Source: Laetmonice hystrix
Lineage: Eukaryota
Direction of reading: 5' to 3'
Length of the DNA stretch: 64,000 nucleotides
Assembly (NCBI GenBank): GCA_965235115.1
Contig: OZ249438.1
Span: 37,572,001 to 37,636,000 of the forward strand
Positions 12,821 through 25,461 of this stretch are shown here, piece after piece. The translations under genes and the position numbers were made by a program. The notes beneath the pieces were generated by a model. That model saw nothing but the letters and a program-made list of their open reading frames with translations, ran no database searches and was not told where the DNA came from. Within the stretch, counting starts at the first letter, position 1. The number at the start of each line of letters is the position of its first letter.

Positions 12821-13643
12821 CCTTTTACATTTCCTACCTGTGGTACCGAATAGTCTCTTTAAGTAATGTGAGTTTGGCGTAGTGTTAATATGATTTAGTT
12901 CAGTCGCCAAAAAGTCACTATAGTCCTGGCAATTCATGTGGTTTTTTTTGACAGGTGAAAAAAGACGTCAGTGGGGGGTTCTGTTTTAATGAAGTGATTT
13001 TACGTCGAATTCTCCAGGGATTTAGCGAAGAGTCCCCCTGCTTTAATATGGATCCAATTTCAGGTTGGTTCTAGTAAATCCAGCGCCAGCGATCCCTTCA
13101 CTGAATTAATTGAATTGCAGGCTGGCTGGATCGAACCTCAGTATGCATTCTGTTTCCGCGCGATTCTTGCCGCATTTCTTGCCGCAGTTTGAATAACGTT
13201 TTATTGAGGGCGAGCATGCATCCAGGTGTGGTAAGAAACAGGTGTAGCCATGTATACCCAGTGGTTGGTCGGGTGGGACTGGGACTGTTTACTCTTTCAG
13301 GGAACATTGCCACATCCCTCGTCCAATCAAACGGCACGACTGGCGTGATATCCGCGCCATCTGGCGGTAACGGAACACCTCAGCGTCGGTTCAGGTTGAC
13401 GCCTCGTGACAGCAGCAGATGTAAAGTGACGTTTACTGTAGATTGGCAGCTGTTCTCGGGTTCCCTGCAGCTGTTTGAATAATGCTATGATTGGTTCTTT
13501 CTCACCTGTTCTCAACTGCTCGTGACAACTGAGGTACAGGTCCCTCATAAAGGAGATAGGCCTACCTATAGGTTGTTCTCAGACCTTCAACAGTCGTCAA
13601 AAACAGTGGGTCATTTCGAATAGTCTGTAAACCCAAAACCAAA

Positions 13644-13805
13644 CAGTGGGGGATCCAGGGGGCCCAGGGGCCCGGCCCCCCTTAGATTTGTCATTTTGTG
13701 GATGAAGATGCATTAGTACAGTCACAATCATGTCGTGCCGAGCCTAGCGAGGCTAAATAAATTTTAGGTGGGCCCCGCCTTATCAAAATCCTGGATCCCC
13801 CACTG
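13644..13805. mobile_element. MITE-like element, 16-bp terminal inverted repeat, hAT-like CAGTGG ends
   Basis: cagtgggggatccagg ... cctggatcccccactg perfect inverted repeat; no 8-bp TSD visible. Confidence 0.6.
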
Positions 13806-13940
13806 GATAACATCAGTAGGTTTGTAAAGATCCGGATAATATGGAGGGAATGTGTTATAATATAATTGGGGCGTCGAACATGAAAGTGTGTAAATCAAAG
13901 AAACAGACACTGATCATTATTTAACTAATTCCTATTTCAG

Positions 13941-13979
13941 AATTATTGGCTGCGACATTTTCCGACAAGCAGACAGAGA
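13941..13979 (+). CDS. Candidate 39-nt cassette exon at the SS4-equivalent intron
   Basis: taactaattcctatttcag|AATTATTGGC...ACAGAGA|gtgaga; phase 1 to 1 and open (T-ELLAATFSDKQTER-QQLNIF). Splice-signal evidence only. Confidence 0.2.
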
Positions 13980-14859
13980 GTGAGAGCGCGCGCGCCATGG
14001 CTGTAGACCACCCAACAACCTAATATTGTTTGTCCTTGAGACGAGATCTGGCAGCCAGCGTGACTAATCATGTGTGGGATTTTACTGCAGCGCACAACAA
14101 AAGTGCACTCAAACAGGGCCAGATTATTTCTTAGCCGTCTCAGCTAAGTGAATTATGCCACTCGGAGTGAAAGAAATGAGTAACTCGCAAAGTTTCATTG
14201 CCTCTGATCATTGACAGTTGTAATCCCACCGAGACCTGCATCATCTCATTCATCTTAATTTTAAGCAATTGTTTTGCAGAAATGACAAGGAGGGTTTTTG
14301 GTTACAGATTAATCCGGTCCCATTGATACCCCCACTGGTAGCAAGACAGTTTTCTCACAGATAAGCTCATTATGATGAGTTAGTGGATAAGACGTGGAAA
14401 CTTTTAAGCCAGAATATCACTTAACATGTGACAAAAAAGGAAAATGCTTGCTTAAAATTTATTCTCTGCTTGGAGATCGGGTTAGGTTTCTATAAAACGA
14501 TTCCCGTTCTGATATCGGATCGTCTATTTGTGTATATCGGGAGGACCTAACAGGATTATCATCTAAACGCCAAGATTTATGATATTTTTCAAAACATAAA
14601 AATACATTAATTCGAGCCCAGTTGAAGAATAAGGTAGAATTGTAACAGTATGAGCACAAATTGGATAATTCGTATCACGATCAGCGTATCATAACAGTAG
14701 TTCTTCTATCGGCCAGAGATTTGAAGGCAGCCATGATCCGTCAGACAGGTTTTATTCAATAACCGCCATGTCAAAACAAATTCAAGTGTTCCTCTGAAAT
14801 AACAGAAAATGGAAATGAGGACGTGGACGTCAGGCACCAGAGGTGATAATGGAGCAGAG

Positions 14860-15150
14860 GAGGAGGAGGAGGGGGAGGAGAAGGGGAGGGCAGGGGGAAG
14901 GGGAGAAGGTGGAGGGCGGGAGGAGGGGAGGAGGTGGAGGGCGGATGAGGTGGAGGGCGGGAGGAGGGGAGAAGGTGGAGGGCGGGAGGAGGGAGAAGGT
15001 GGAGGGCGGGAGGAGGGGAGGAGGTGGAGTAGGGGAGGAGGCGGAGGGCGGGAGGAGGGGAGAAGGTAGAGGGCGGGAGGAGGCGGAGGGCGGGAGGAGG
15101 GGAGAAGGTAGAGGGCGGGAGGAGGCGGAGGGCGGGAGGAGGGCAGGAGG
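14860..15150. repeat. Purine-rich G/A repeat (ggagggcgggaggaggggagaaggt...)
   Basis: About 290 bp almost entirely G/A on the + strand. Confidence 0.9.
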
Positions 15151-17324
15151 AGAACGATTAAGTCCTGAGTTATGATATTGAGAGGATCAGATATTTAATG
15201 TTGGGTTGATAAGTGTCACTCGATGTAAACGTAACGATTACCTCTCCCTATAAACGCCTCTGACTGAACATCCGGGTTGTCAGAAACCTGAAGAGGTGGT
15301 CACGGTAGGAGTCACGGCAAGCGGTCATTTCTCTCTGATACACAGCGTGTAAGCGTACCGTATGACGGTCGTTTCCTGGCACTCCAAGGTCGGAGTTTAT
15401 TGGCAGGTTGTATGTAGGGAGGAGGAGGAGGGCCGAAACGTGAGGAATTGAACGCCCTCTGGCGGGAGGAAGCTAGTCGTCACGGGGTGGGTGTGGGTGG
15501 TGGTGGCCCCCGCCATGACCCCCCCCCCCCCCTCCGTATCCAGGTCATTATCAGGTAGGGCGTTCTCGGCCCAGCCAGGTCTACAACTGCTGCTGACACG
15601 TGCCACCAATAACGAACGATCCCTAGCCACCACTTGTAAATGACAACGCTGAAATGGATGATCCCTATCTGTCTGCGCATGAGCAGAACCAGGCTGGTGT
15701 AACGAATGAGCTCACCTTAGTCAGCGCACCGTATACAAGGCTAGCATGCCCGGGGTAGTTTACAATTACCCTACCCCCACCCCTTCTCCGTCCACAAGCT
15801 GGAGACGAGGGTAGAGTCTCCAGGAGGAAGGATGCTGGTTAGGCAGCCGGAGAGAGAGAGGATGGGGTCTATTTGATTGTTGGGATCTGTCTTGTTAGGC
15901 CGTCTCTCCATCCTGCTCTGACCCATGGCTGATAACAACCGGGGTTAGTAATGAACGTCATGGTGCCCCCCCCCCCCCCCGCCGGTCCTCCGGTCCTCCG
16001 ACCCTCCGGTTCCCCGGTCCTCCGCCTCGCCGGCCGATTGTTTGCTACTCGTTATGGATTGGCCGACTAGCTCCACGGGATATCATCTTTCACTAATGAA
16101 AAGGTTGATTTATCTCCACAAATCGTGCCTACATCCCTCCTCCCTGCTTCCACGAACCCCCGCACCAATATTTAACGTTAAAGTGCACCTCATACACGTT
16201 CAAGGAAACGTTAAGTAAGATATTGATGTGTGGTATTGATGAAAGGTGGCCATGGCAAGACGTGGACTTCTTTGAAGCAGTTTCAGATTATTTGAAACGT
16301 CTCTTGTTTGAAGCACAGTCTGGTTATAGATGTGGCAAAGTCCTCCAGCAGGAGTGATCTCAAGAGATTCGCCTCGGCACAGAGCGGTTGTATTCAATTT
16401 TAGGATATGTTTAGCGGGTTGGTATACGTACAAGTGGCAGTCGGCATGGCCTGAGGCGGCTGACCACTACCGATAGCCTCGCTGGACACTGCCCAGGGCC
16501 TGCGGGACTGTCCAGTATTCACCATGGCACACTATTGAATTTTGGCCGCTTCGGCCAGGCTTCGGCCAGTTCTAGCTCTATACTGGAAACTGCCCCCTCC
16601 CCTGAGTCAGGACGACGTTTTCTGTCCAAGTTCCATTAGAATTGTCTTGTTTGAAGGTAATCATGCTGGCACATTTTGCTCTCTAACCCAGGTATATTGG
16701 TAAAGATCAGAAGTCGGTGCAGCACTCATAAAGTCTGATTTTTAGGTCTCCACTGATCTGCTGATGTATATGTCCTGGCTGCTCGGCAAGAGATTGCTAC
16801 GGATGAGATGGGAAGGCAAAGGGCATTTGTAGAGGCCGCGGACGGGTAATAGAGGGCTCCTGGTCCGGGATTGACTCTTTGCCACCCCGCCATAAACTTT
16901 GCTCGACACAACAGTGATAATAATCTTCTACTAATAGAGTTAAAATATTGTAAAGGGACACAATATTACGTATGACGGCACGGTTGGGGTGCGGGGGTCA
17001 GAGATCTGTTGAAAGTATTATCGGAACTTTTCCGTTTATAGCTTGCAAACACCATCGAGTGAATCGAGCACACAATTAATGTAGACAGGAGGTTGGGAAA
17101 TTGATATTGGGAGAGTGAGGGCCGGGGCGGGGGTGGGCTAAGGTCGGTGGCCGGGAAAGTACTTAGGCACGACGGCCAGGGCAGTCGAGCCAGCAGGTCA
17201 ACCAGTAATATAGATGGTCAGTACGAGAAAGGTCAAGCGTGGATTATGTAATCATTTTTAGATTTAATGACAAAGTTGTATTTATTATTGTTTTCAGCCT
17301 TGGGGTCCCAATAACGTAAAAGAG

Positions 17325-17698
17325 ACTGTTAACCGACAGTATTTCCACAGTACAGGAAGGACCGTTAACCGACAGTATGTCCTCGGTATAGAAAGGACCG
17401 TTAACCGACAGTATGTCCTCAGTATAGAAAGGACCGTTAACCGACAGTATTTCCACAGTATAGGAAGGACCGTTAACCGACAGTATGTCCTCAGTATAGA
17501 AAGGACCGTTAACCGACAGTATTTCCACAGTATAGGAAGGACCGTTAACCGACAGTATGTCCTCAGTATAGGAAGGACCGTTAACCTATACAGTATTTCC
17601 ACAGTATAGAAAGGACCGTTAACCGACAGTATTTCCACAGTATAGGAAGGACCGTTAACCGACAGTATTCCTACAGTATAGGAAGGACCGTTAACCTA
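17325..17698. repeat. Minisatellite, 36-bp unit, about 10 copies
   Basis: Unit accgttaaccgacagtatgtcctcagtatagaaagg. Confidence 0.95.
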
Positions 17699-18818
17699 TG
17701 TTTAAAGGCCAATATCCCCTAGATTTTCCCCACGGTTTACCATTGACCCACGTTATTGTATGACGTTCAGAAAAAGGCGAAATTCGAGCCGGGGTTCTAA
17801 TGGCTGGTTTCATTGCTGTAGTTCCAATAAGTGATGCCGGGCCGCGGGTTTTTATTCTTCCACAAACATGGCTTCACGTTCTGTTGTAAAACCAATACAT
17901 ACCGAGCTCTAGTTGGGGAAAGTTCGTGATAAAGTTAGGGTGAATATAAAACATCTATAAAAGGTTTGCTGCTGCAGGACGACCACAGGATAAATCTATC
18001 TCAGCTACCCCTGAGAAACATTTTAATTTTGTCTGCGAAGTCAGAGAAGTCATAATCGTTTGTTATCAGGACATATTTATTAATGGCAGAATCGTATCTT
18101 GTGGCCGGTATTAATGAGATTTTTCCACGGTCAATAAGTACACAGCATCGTGTAGCAGTAGTTGAAGAATGACGGATGGGGCTGGGCTTTTATTAGATCA
18201 ATATGTTTCTTTGTATACTCAGAAACTCACAAACCTTCCAATCTACAACTCCCGTCCTTCAACAAGGGCCAGTATTGTAAGCTTCCCAGTGCGGAACGTA
18301 CGCAGTTGGACGTAGTATACATAGTCTTATTTTTGTCCTAACACAAATACAATCTCGAGTATATTCAGACAAGTGAAAGGATGGGGGAAATAAAAACCTA
18401 TCCATCAGGGAGAAGAAGTTCTCAAGCCTTGTCAATTACCTAATGCCCTGGAAAATTCCTGGGAACTCTCAGGGCTTTGCAGTGTCAGTGTAACAAATAT
18501 TTGATATGAATTTATCATCATTGAAGAAGTAGAGGTTCCATCTCGCAGGTTTTAATGCGTTTTGAGAAGCGTCAACATAGAAAGAATTCGATTTATTCCA
18601 GCAGGGACAGCGTGTTGAGATAGAGAGCACGCCTTGTACACATTTAGACAAAGAAGTTAAGGATAACAGTTACAAAAGGGGCCAATCAGCTGCTTACTGG
18701 TGTTATCGTATACATGTGTATTGTTCTACTCGATCTGTACGGATTGGAAGTGCTGTATCTACAGTGGACAATACAGTGATTGTATCCTGGTCACCCGGCA
18801 ATGATGACTCCCCCTGAT

Positions 18819-19383
18819 GCTGTGTTCAGACAGAGGCGCTATATCGGCGAGCAACCGAAATGTCGGTCGCTATTTCTATGTGGACACGCTATGTCGCCTT
18901 AGTTCGGTCGCCAATAGCTAGTCCGGCTGGAACGACGGTTTACTGATCCGGAAGATTGGGTAGACCTCTGTCTGAACACGCGTGCCGGATTAAGGTATAC
19001 AATGGGGCGCTGTCGGCGGCACTTCTCGCGAGAAGACAGATCGCTGCCGGTATATCGCCTGTGTCTGAACGCTAGGCGGTATAGCGGGTCAGCGAAAGAT
19101 CGGTAGATATAGACAGGACCAGTGTCTGAACGCTAGGCGGTATAGCGGGTCAGCGAAGGTATATAGACAGGACCCGTGTCTGAACGCTAGGCGGTATAGC
19201 GGGTCAGCGAAAGATCGGTAGATATAGACAGGACCAGTGTCTGAACGCTAGGCGGTCTAGCGGGTCAGCGAAAGATCGTTAGTAGACAGGACCAGTGTCT
19301 GAACGCTAGGCGGTATAGCGGGTCAGCGAAAGATCGGTAGATAGACAGGACCAGTAATCCGGTCTATCCTGTCTGAACACAGC
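18819..19383. mobile_element. MITE-like element (PIF/Harbinger-like TIR) carrying an internal ~58-bp tandem repeat
   Basis: gctgtgttcagacag (18819-18833) ... ctgtctgaacacagc (19369-19383) perfect 15-bp inverted repeat; about 5 internal copies of gtgtctgaacgctaggcggtatagcgggtcagcgaaag...; TSD not clear. Confidence 0.6.
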
Positions 19384-20822
19384 TTTTGTTAGGCTTACAT
19401 TTCCAGCTTCCATTTTCAGTGTGATATTTCATAACCCAGATAGACTAGGCCTACTTGAACACAAGGCGAGGTAGAACCATGGCTTGTCGACCATTGTGTG
19501 CGTGCTATTGTCTCCCATCATACAATGTATTCGTTTGTTCGGTGGGAGTACAGGAGGCGGCTGACATGGAGGTCAGGCGGGCGTAGTTCTGGACCGGGCC
19601 GCGGGGTGGCGTGACGGTCGGTCGGTGCCCGGACGGGCCGTAACCCTTGATGTCCTCGTGCATGACGAGCTGGAGTTGGAGGATGATCTCATGCGAGATA
19701 ATCAGGATGACATTGTGAGGCACGATCAGATTAAGCCTTACAAGGTTCGCCTCCAATTCTCTGTTCCATGTCGCTTTCAGAAACCATGACAGCAGTCTCA
19801 GAGATTAAACGGGGAGCGGGGTTCGGTCTCACGACATCACAGCCCGTATGGCACCCTCCCCATGGCACCCTGCCCATGGCATGCTCCCCATGGCACGCTC
19901 CCCCTGTATGATATAGGCCTCACTTGGAAACATGGGGGCCACTCACCAACACTAATGGAAAGCGAATTTCTTCTTCCCTCGCGAACCGTGGGCGGTGTAA
20001 TTGTTAAAATTTAGGATTGCTGTATAGGAAGTCGCATTCCTCTAGGGAAAAGCAAATTTTGCAGAACGTGGCCATTTGAATTCTTGGATGTCACAAGGGA
20101 GTCCCAGTGTTACTAGTTAAGAAAAGTACAATGTCGGTACAGCGAGATACATGAAGCCACTGAAACATTGTAATTCTAATCACTACAGCAACTGGAGTCG
20201 TTGTCAGGAGTAGATGATTTTGTTTAAAATATGAAATTACGGGTGCAATGTGAACGTTGAAAGGAACGGGAGGCGGCGAATGAAGCCAGCTATGTTTGAG
20301 CTGAGAGCCTAGAGGACTTGGATTCGGTGATTAATTGCAGACAGTTAGTGTCCTTGGGGCGCGTAGTTTCCCCCTTCCCACCCCACCCCCGGGGTAGAGA
20401 CCCATTGTGAGCACTGACTGTTGCCATCCATCACCAGGTTGCTATGCCCGTAGAACGTGCCAAGATTTATGACTGCCTCACAGCACGCCTGGCCCTGTCA
20501 GAGCCGGCTGAGATCTTTTGTTATAACAACGCTCCTCACAGACTGATAGCACCCACCTCCAACAGTCACTCACCTTGGGGCTTTTTTTAAATATTGAAAT
20601 GTCTTTATCTCCGCCTTGGTGCCCGCAGTGAAAGCACCAGCTACTCGAGAAATAGACGTAATTGGATTAAAATTGGTTCCTCATAGCTCATTGCTGGTAC
20701 AGAAGATATATTAACAGAAGATATATTAACAGAAGATATATTAACAGAAATATGTAGAGTATTAGTGTTTCCATAAAAGGACCAAGTCGTTAAAACGGTC
20801 CACGTTTTTAAAGGAGAGTGTA

Positions 20823-21178
20823 CATGGAGTGTGGAAGGAGTAGGTTTAGGTTTCCATGGAGTGTGGAAGGAGTAGGTTTAGGTTTCCATGGAGTGTGGAA
20901 GGAGTAGGTTTAGGTTTCCATGGAGTGTGGAAGGAGTAGGTTTAGGTTTCCATGGAGTGTGGAAGGAGTAGGTTTAGGTTTTCATGGAGTGTGGAAGGAG
21001 TAGGTTTAGGTTTCCATGGAGTGTGGAAGGAGTAGGTTTAGGTTTCCATGGAGTGTGGAAGCAGTAGGTTTAGGTTTCCATGGAGTGTGGAAGCAGTAGG
21101 TTTAGGTTTCCATGGAGTGTGGAAGGAGTAGGTTTAGGTTTCCATGGAGTGTGGAAGGAGTAGGTTTAGGTTTTCATG
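20823..21178. repeat. Minisatellite, 32-bp unit, 11 copies
   Basis: Unit catggagtgtggaaggagtaggtttaggtttc. Confidence 0.97.
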
Positions 21179-21584
21179 TGGGCGTCAGCTGACGTCAAAC
21201 ACCTAATTTACAAATTTAATAATATTAATAAAAACAAACACAAAAAAACCTACAAAGAAAAACATGAGTTAAAAAAAAGAAAGGAAAGAAGATTGAGTAG
21301 AATTGCTGAGATGATGGTAACACTGTTCACTATGGATACTTGAAGTGATGTCGTATGACTTTCCCGTACCACATGTGTGTGAAGTCGTCACTGAGATGCC
21401 ATCTGGTGGTGTAGGCCTGAACTACAATGTCCTGGTAGACGCCAGTCTATTGCTCCGTCCAGAGAACATACCCCTCCCCTCCCCAAACCATTTGATTGTG
21501 ACGTTCACTCATCTACCTTTGGTTATCGTTCTAACATTCAATCCACAGGTTGATATCATTAGAAAACGGTGTATTATTTTATTG

Positions 21585-22900
21585 TTTGGTTCGCAGTGTC
21601 TGTGGCCGGTATATTTTGGTCTCAGTGTCTGTGGCCGGTATATTTGGTCTCAGTGTCTGTGGCCGGTATATTTTGGTCTCAGTGTCTGTGGCCGGTATAT
21701 TTTGGTCCCAGTGTCTGTGGCCGGTATATTTTGGTCCCAGTGTCTGTGGCCGGTATATTTTGGTCGGAGTGTCTATGACCGGTATATTTTGGTCGCAGTG
21801 TCTGTGGCCGGTATATTTGGTCGCAGTGTCTGTGGCCGGTATATTTTGGTCGGAGTGTCTGTGGCCGGTATATTTTGGTCCCAGTGTCTGTGGCCGGTAT
21901 ATTTTGGTCGGAGTGTCTATGACCGGTATATTTTGGTCCCAGTGTCTGTGGCCGGTATATTTGGTCGCAGTGTCTGTGGCCGGTATATTTTGGTCTCAGT
22001 GTCTGTGGCCGGTATATTTTGGTCTCAGTGTCTGTGGCCGGTATATTTTGGTCCCAGTGTCTGTGGCCGGTATATTTTGGTCGCAGTGTCTGTGGCCGGT
22101 ATATTTTGGTCTCAGTGTCTGTGGCCGGTATATTTTGGTCGCAGTGTCTGTGGCCGGTATAATATTATTTGGTCTCAGTGTCTGTGGCCGGTATATTTTG
22201 GTCTCAGTGTCTATGACCGGTATATTTTGGTCCCAGTGTCTGTGGCCGGTATATTTGGTCGCAGTGTCTGTGGCCGGTATATTTTGGTCTCAGTATCTGT
22301 GGCCGGTATATTTTGGTCCCAGTGTCTGTGGCCGGTATATTTTGGTCTCAGTGTCTGTGGCCGGTATATTTTGGTCTCAGTGTCTGTGGCCGGTATATTT
22401 TGGTCGCAGTGTCTGTGGCCGGTATATTTTGGTCGCAGTGTCTGTGGCCGGTATATTTTGGTCTCAGTGTCTGTGGCCGGTATATTTTGGTCGCAGTGTC
22501 TGTGGCCGGTATAATATTATTTGGTTTCAGTGTCTGTGGCCGCGGTATATTTTGGTTTCAGTGTCTGTGGCCGGTATTGTCTGTGACCGGTATATTTTGG
22601 TCTCAGTGTCTGTGGCCGGTATATTTTGGTCTCAGTGTCTGTGGCCGGTATATTTTGGTCTCAGTGTCTGTGGCCGGTATATTTTGGTTTCAGTGTCTGT
22701 GGCCGGTATATTTTGGTCTCAGTGTCTGTGGCCGGTATATTTTGGTCGCAGTGTCTGTGGCCGGTATAATATTATTTGGTTTCAGTGTCTGTGGCCGCGG
22801 TATATTTTGGTCTCAGTGTCTGTGACCGGTATATTTTGGTCTCAGTGTCTGTGGCCGGTATATTTTGGTCTCAGTGTCTGTGGCCGGTATATTTTGGTCG
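21585..22900. repeat. Minisatellite, 27-28-bp unit, about 47 copies
   Basis: Unit ttttggtctcagtgtctgtggccggtata; explains ORFs 21345..22514 and 21550..23085. Confidence 0.97.
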
Positions 22901-24932
22901 CATCTCATCTGTCCCATCTCCCGCCGACGTTGTGCCCCTTGCCGTGTAAAGATGATTCATGTATCCATACTGATCGTGTGTCTCTCTCCCACTCTCGCTC
23001 GGTTGTTAACTTGGGAGTGGCTTTCACAAACCCGCCCCCAGACGTGGTCGGTGGTGTACCAAGCAGCAGGCAGACTGGACGGTAAAGGGCCACAGTGGCT
23101 GGGTCCTCCAGATCCCCAGTCCAACCGCTCTCACCGCCATCTGGTGGCGTATAAAGGGACGATTACAGTGCCCTCTGGTGCCAGTCTGACTGCTGAATAG
23201 GTTGGCCAGAGGAGGAGAGTGTGGTGTGGGTGGGTGGTGAGGGGAACCCCCCCCCCCCAACACTCAACCAACCCTCACTCATCTTCTATACAATGGTCTT
23301 TTCTTGTACTGTTTCTTTGAATGAATGATTTGAAGAAAAGGTGTGTTTCAAAAAGAGGGAAATCCTGCGATATTATAAAAAATTATCTTCAATTATTTTC
23401 CATTTTTTACATATAATTTATATTATTTATTATTCATATAGTAAATATTACAATAAAATTTGGAGCTCTTTTCCATGGTTTAGTTTCCCAGCTTTAAGAC
23501 TTTAAGACAAGTGTCCCGATTGGATGACATACGATCGGTCATCTGCAGCCTGGCTATCGTCTTGAGGTTCTGGAAACTAAATCCATACAGGTTAATTGTC
23601 GCAGTCAAAGTCAAGGCCTTTATTTTGTCATATTATAACGCTGGACTCGGAGGGGCTCTGTCTTTTTTCTTACTCATCGAATAATTAATAACCGCCCTTT
23701 GTCTTTTTAAACAGCATCCATGGTTGCATTATCTTCTCAGTGAAAGCCACTCCCAACCTGAACGTAATCCGTCAGCTCCTGCTGACCTCTCTGTACTTGT
23801 TAACCTACTGACCTTTCTATGCTGCCCTTTGATTTGCTAAGACATCCATAGACTCTTGGCCGACTTCAAGCTGACAGGTAATGACCCAGATACAGAGTGT
23901 TGAAATGACCTTGGCCTGTCACCACCTTCAGTTCGATCACTTTGAAAGGCATGTTGCCCAGTTAATATAGAGAATGGCGTTGAACACACTTAAATAGCAA
24001 ACAAGTCATGAATATGTCACGCCCATTCCAATATACTAAGAAGTTCGTGTTCTGTTCTAACAAACCGGTAAATAAAAACAAATGAGTTAAACACCACTAT
24101 GTTTGAGTGCAACCGTATAAACCGTTTTCCTTAATTACTAGAGGTTTTGTAGCAACCATCACGTTCCCCAGATCTTTACGTTTTCGGTTTTCTGATTTTA
24201 ACTTGCTTTGAATTCGTTTTCTTTGCTTATTTTGACGCTAACATAAATTTGCTGGGAGTTGGCAAAAAGAGAAAGTTTTGCACGGTTTCCGTTGAGGAAC
24301 AATATTAGCCAATGACAATCACCGTTACCAGTATACCATGCCGGGAAACAGTACTGAACAACCAAATCCCTTTTGCATGACTACACAGTTTGTGTGAGAA
24401 ATTCCTTTAATTACTTGATCTTTCTGGTAAATAATCTCTTGGCCACCAGAATACATAACTAGGGACTACTTACAGACGTGGGGTAAAAGCATTTTTTTTT
24501 CTATTTTGACTCCAACATTGCATACACTGATTATTGATCAAGCGGTGCCTTGTTGCTTGGATAAAACGAACGACACAAAAACTATATTTGAGCTAGTTGA
24601 TTCAATAACATGATAGACGGATACTCACAACAAGGCAGGATAAATTAGATTTTGTTTTGAAACTATTGCCTTCTCTTCTCGGCAAACATATTTTTATTGA
24701 GTTAAAACATTATTATGGGAGTAAATTGAGATTACTAAATGAGCTATGTCTACCGGCCTCTCACGATTAACTCAGAATTGTACATCTCGTGTATGTAACC
24801 ATCCACGTGGGGGGTATTACGTTCGGAGACCAATTGTCTGTACTTGATGGGAATATTGCACCAGCCCCGCTCTCTCGTAGTGTCATCGTTTGCCACCAGA
24901 CGTTAGGACTGATTAGTCGATTCGTTTTGTAG

Positions 24933-25034
24933 GACAACAGCTCAACATCTTCAACAGCCAGACCCAAGTTTTAGTAGGAGGGAAGAGAGATTCGCGAGGC
25001 AAGATCTCACGGCCGTTCCAAGGGGTCATTGCTG
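24933..25034 (+). CDS. NRXN: Neurexin exon following the SS4-equivalent position
   Basis: ttcgttttgtag|GACAA ... GCTG|gtacgt; 102 nt, phase 1 to 1. (G)QQLNIFNSQTQVLVGGKRDSRGKISRPFQGVIA(G) corresponds to neurexin GRQLTIFNSQATIIIGG...QPFQGQLSG, with the IFN Ca2+-site residues. Missed by the ORF track. Confidence 0.95.
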
Positions 25035-25129
25035 GTACGTACTCACTTTCTTTATTGTTCATTTAATAATTATAATATTTAGGACTCTTTCTCTGCTGGA
25101 ATGTTAGTTCTTACCACCAAACTTTGTGC

Positions 25130-25461
25130 ACTGATTACAACACGGCTCCGCTGTGACAGGTGTGGCGGTGTGAGGTTAGTCTATGTGAGCTCTGATTACA
25201 ACACGGCTCCGCTGTGACAGGTGTGGTGGTGTGAGGTTAGTCTATGTGAGCTCTGATTACAACACGGCTCCGCTGTGACAGGTGTGGCGGTGTGAGGTTA
25301 GTCTATGTGAGCTCTGATTACAACACGGCTCCGCTGTGACAGGTGTGGTGTGAGGTTAGTCTGTGTGAGCTCTGATTACAACACGGCTCCGCTGTGACAG
25401 GTGTGGCGGTGTGAGGTTAGTCTATGTGAGCTCTGATTACAACACGGCTGCGCTGTTCCAG
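25130..25461. repeat. 61-bp tandem repeat of the 3' splice site of exon 25462
   Basis: Unit ctctgattacaacacggctccgctgtgacag|gtgtggcggtgtgag|gttagtctatgtgag x5; the sixth partial copy is the real acceptor. Confidence 0.93.

Noticed and set aside
17298-17338. Strong-looking acceptor ttgttttcag before the 36-bp array
   Set aside because: Stop (TAA) at the sixth codon in the required phase-1 frame.
18223-18276. 54-nt phase 1-1 segment with gtaagc donor as an SS4 candidate
   Set aside because: Joining to exon 24933 creates T+GA, a stop codon.
21549-21568. cag|GTTGATATC...|gtgtat micro-exon
   Set aside because: 20 nt, immediate TGA in the phase-1 frame, weak donor.
21345-23085. 389-aa and 511-aa plus-strand ORFs
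   Set aside because: Read through the 27-28-bp array, shifting frame with unit indels; no domain. The same applies to the ORFs at 8769, 40045, 41085, 41763, 48108, 54183 and 62124.
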